From: Somniosus microcephalus
Lineage: Eukaryota
DNA: 64,000 nucleotides
Assembly: GCA_052327205.1 (NCBI GenBank)
Contig: CM126224.1
Location: forward strand, 33,604,001-33,668,000
Direction of reading: 5' to 3'
Shown: positions 63,152 to 64,000 of the stretch, piece after piece
Position numbering within the stretch: the first letter of the stretch is position 1
How the letters are laid out: every line of letters begins with the position of its first letter
Translations under genes and position numbers: made by a program
Notes under the pieces: model-generated
Database searches by the model: none
Seen by the model: the letters and a program-made list of their open reading frames with translations, nothing else
What the model was told of the DNA's origin: nothing

Positions 63152-63314
63152 GCTCCCACAAACAGCAGAGTGATAATGACCAGATAATCTGTTTTAGTGA
63201 TGTTGATTGAGGGATAAATATTGGCCAGGACACCGGGGATAACTGCCCTGCTCTTCCCTGTAGTTATGAGGAGAGATTTGGGATATTGGGACTACTGTAC
63301 TTCCACTAGAGTTA
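63152..63314 (-). repeat. Inverted duplicate of 62483-62640
   Basis: Reverse complement is identical to 62483-62640 except for one substitution and a 5-bp insertion. Confidence 0.92.
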
Positions 63315-63316
63315 CC

Positions 63317-64000
63317 GATTGCGGTAATTACAGAGGAGTTTCCCTGCTGTCTGCCACAGGGAAAGTCATCACAAGAATCCTCCTCAATCGCCTTCTCTCA
63401 GTGGCCAAAGAGCTCCTCCCAGAGTCGCAATGCGGATTCCGCCCACTAAGGGGCACAATGGACATGATCTTCACCGCACGTCAATTACAAGAGAAATGCA
63501 GGGAACAGCACCAACCGCTGTACATGGCCTTCTTTGATCTCACAAAGGCCTTCTACACTGTCAACCGTGAGGGATTATGGAGTGTCCTCCTCAAATTCGG
63601 CTGCCCTCAAAAGTTTGTCACCATCCTCTGCCTGCTTCACGATGACATGCAAGCTGTGATCCTGACCAATGGTTCCACCACAGACCCAATTCATGTACGA
63701 ACCGGGGTCAAACAAGGCTGTGTCATCGCACCAACGCTCTTCTCGATCTTCCTTGCTGCAATGCTCCATCTCACCCTCAGTAAGCTCCCCACTGGAGTGG
63801 AGCTAATTTACAGAACAAATGGTAAACTGTTCAACCTCCGTTGCCTCCAGTCCAGATCCAAGGTCGTCCCATCCTCTGTCGTCAAATTACAGTATGCAGA
63901 CGACGCTTGCGTCTGCGCTCACTTGGAGGTCGAGCTCCAAACCATCGTCAACACCTTCACCGAAGCGTACGAGAGCATGGGCCTTACACTAAACATCCGT
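63317..64000 (+). mobile_element. 5'-truncated RTE-clade LINE, open RT frame running off the window
   Basis: Hand translation from 63317 gives DCGNYRGVSLLS...PESQCGFRP.RGT.DMIF...FDLTKAF...GVKQGCVIAPTLF...GKLFNLR...QYADD...GLTLNIR, 228 codons with no stop. It is absent from the ORF track because no stop is reached. Confidence 0.9.

Noticed and set aside
62633-63187. 184-aa ORF as a novel gene
   Set aside because: Chimeric read-through of DeuSINE tail, CR1 RT fragment and the inverted duplicate.
1-64000. Prokaryotic systems (CRISPR array, operon, retron or group II intron RT)
   Set aside because: No regularly spaced repeat-spacer array and no gene-dense organisation. All RT motifs belong to eukaryotic CR1, L2 or RTE LINEs.

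Overview
This is eukaryotic, repeat-rich DNA, not a prokaryotic locus. The repeat content (HE1-type V-SINE, HER1/CR1 LINE tails, DeuSINE, Penelope-like pLTRs) points to a cartilaginous fish (shark). I find one host coding exon: 140 bp at 44257-44396 (+), encoding laminin-type EGF cysteine motifs that match MEGF9. The rest is probably intron of that gene. Most long ORFs in the track are CR1 reverse-transcriptase remnants or their antisense shadows. The most interesting structure lies outside the ORF track: (1) about ten Penelope-like terminal-repeat insertions, several with 10-14 bp target-site duplications, carrying minimal type I hammerhead ribozyme motifs, one intact; (2) a TA-targeting pogo/Tigger-like MITE family with RFX X-box-like palindromes, with two near-identical copies bracketing the exon in inverted orientation; (3) an RTE-clade LINE with an open 228-codon RT frame whose 5' junction carries a ~160 bp inverted copy of nearby host DNA; (4) an LF-SINE-like element; (5) several Harbinger-like and hAT-like MITEs and multi-level nests. 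All family assignments come from recalled motifs read by eye with no database search, and old-repeat boundaries are approximate.
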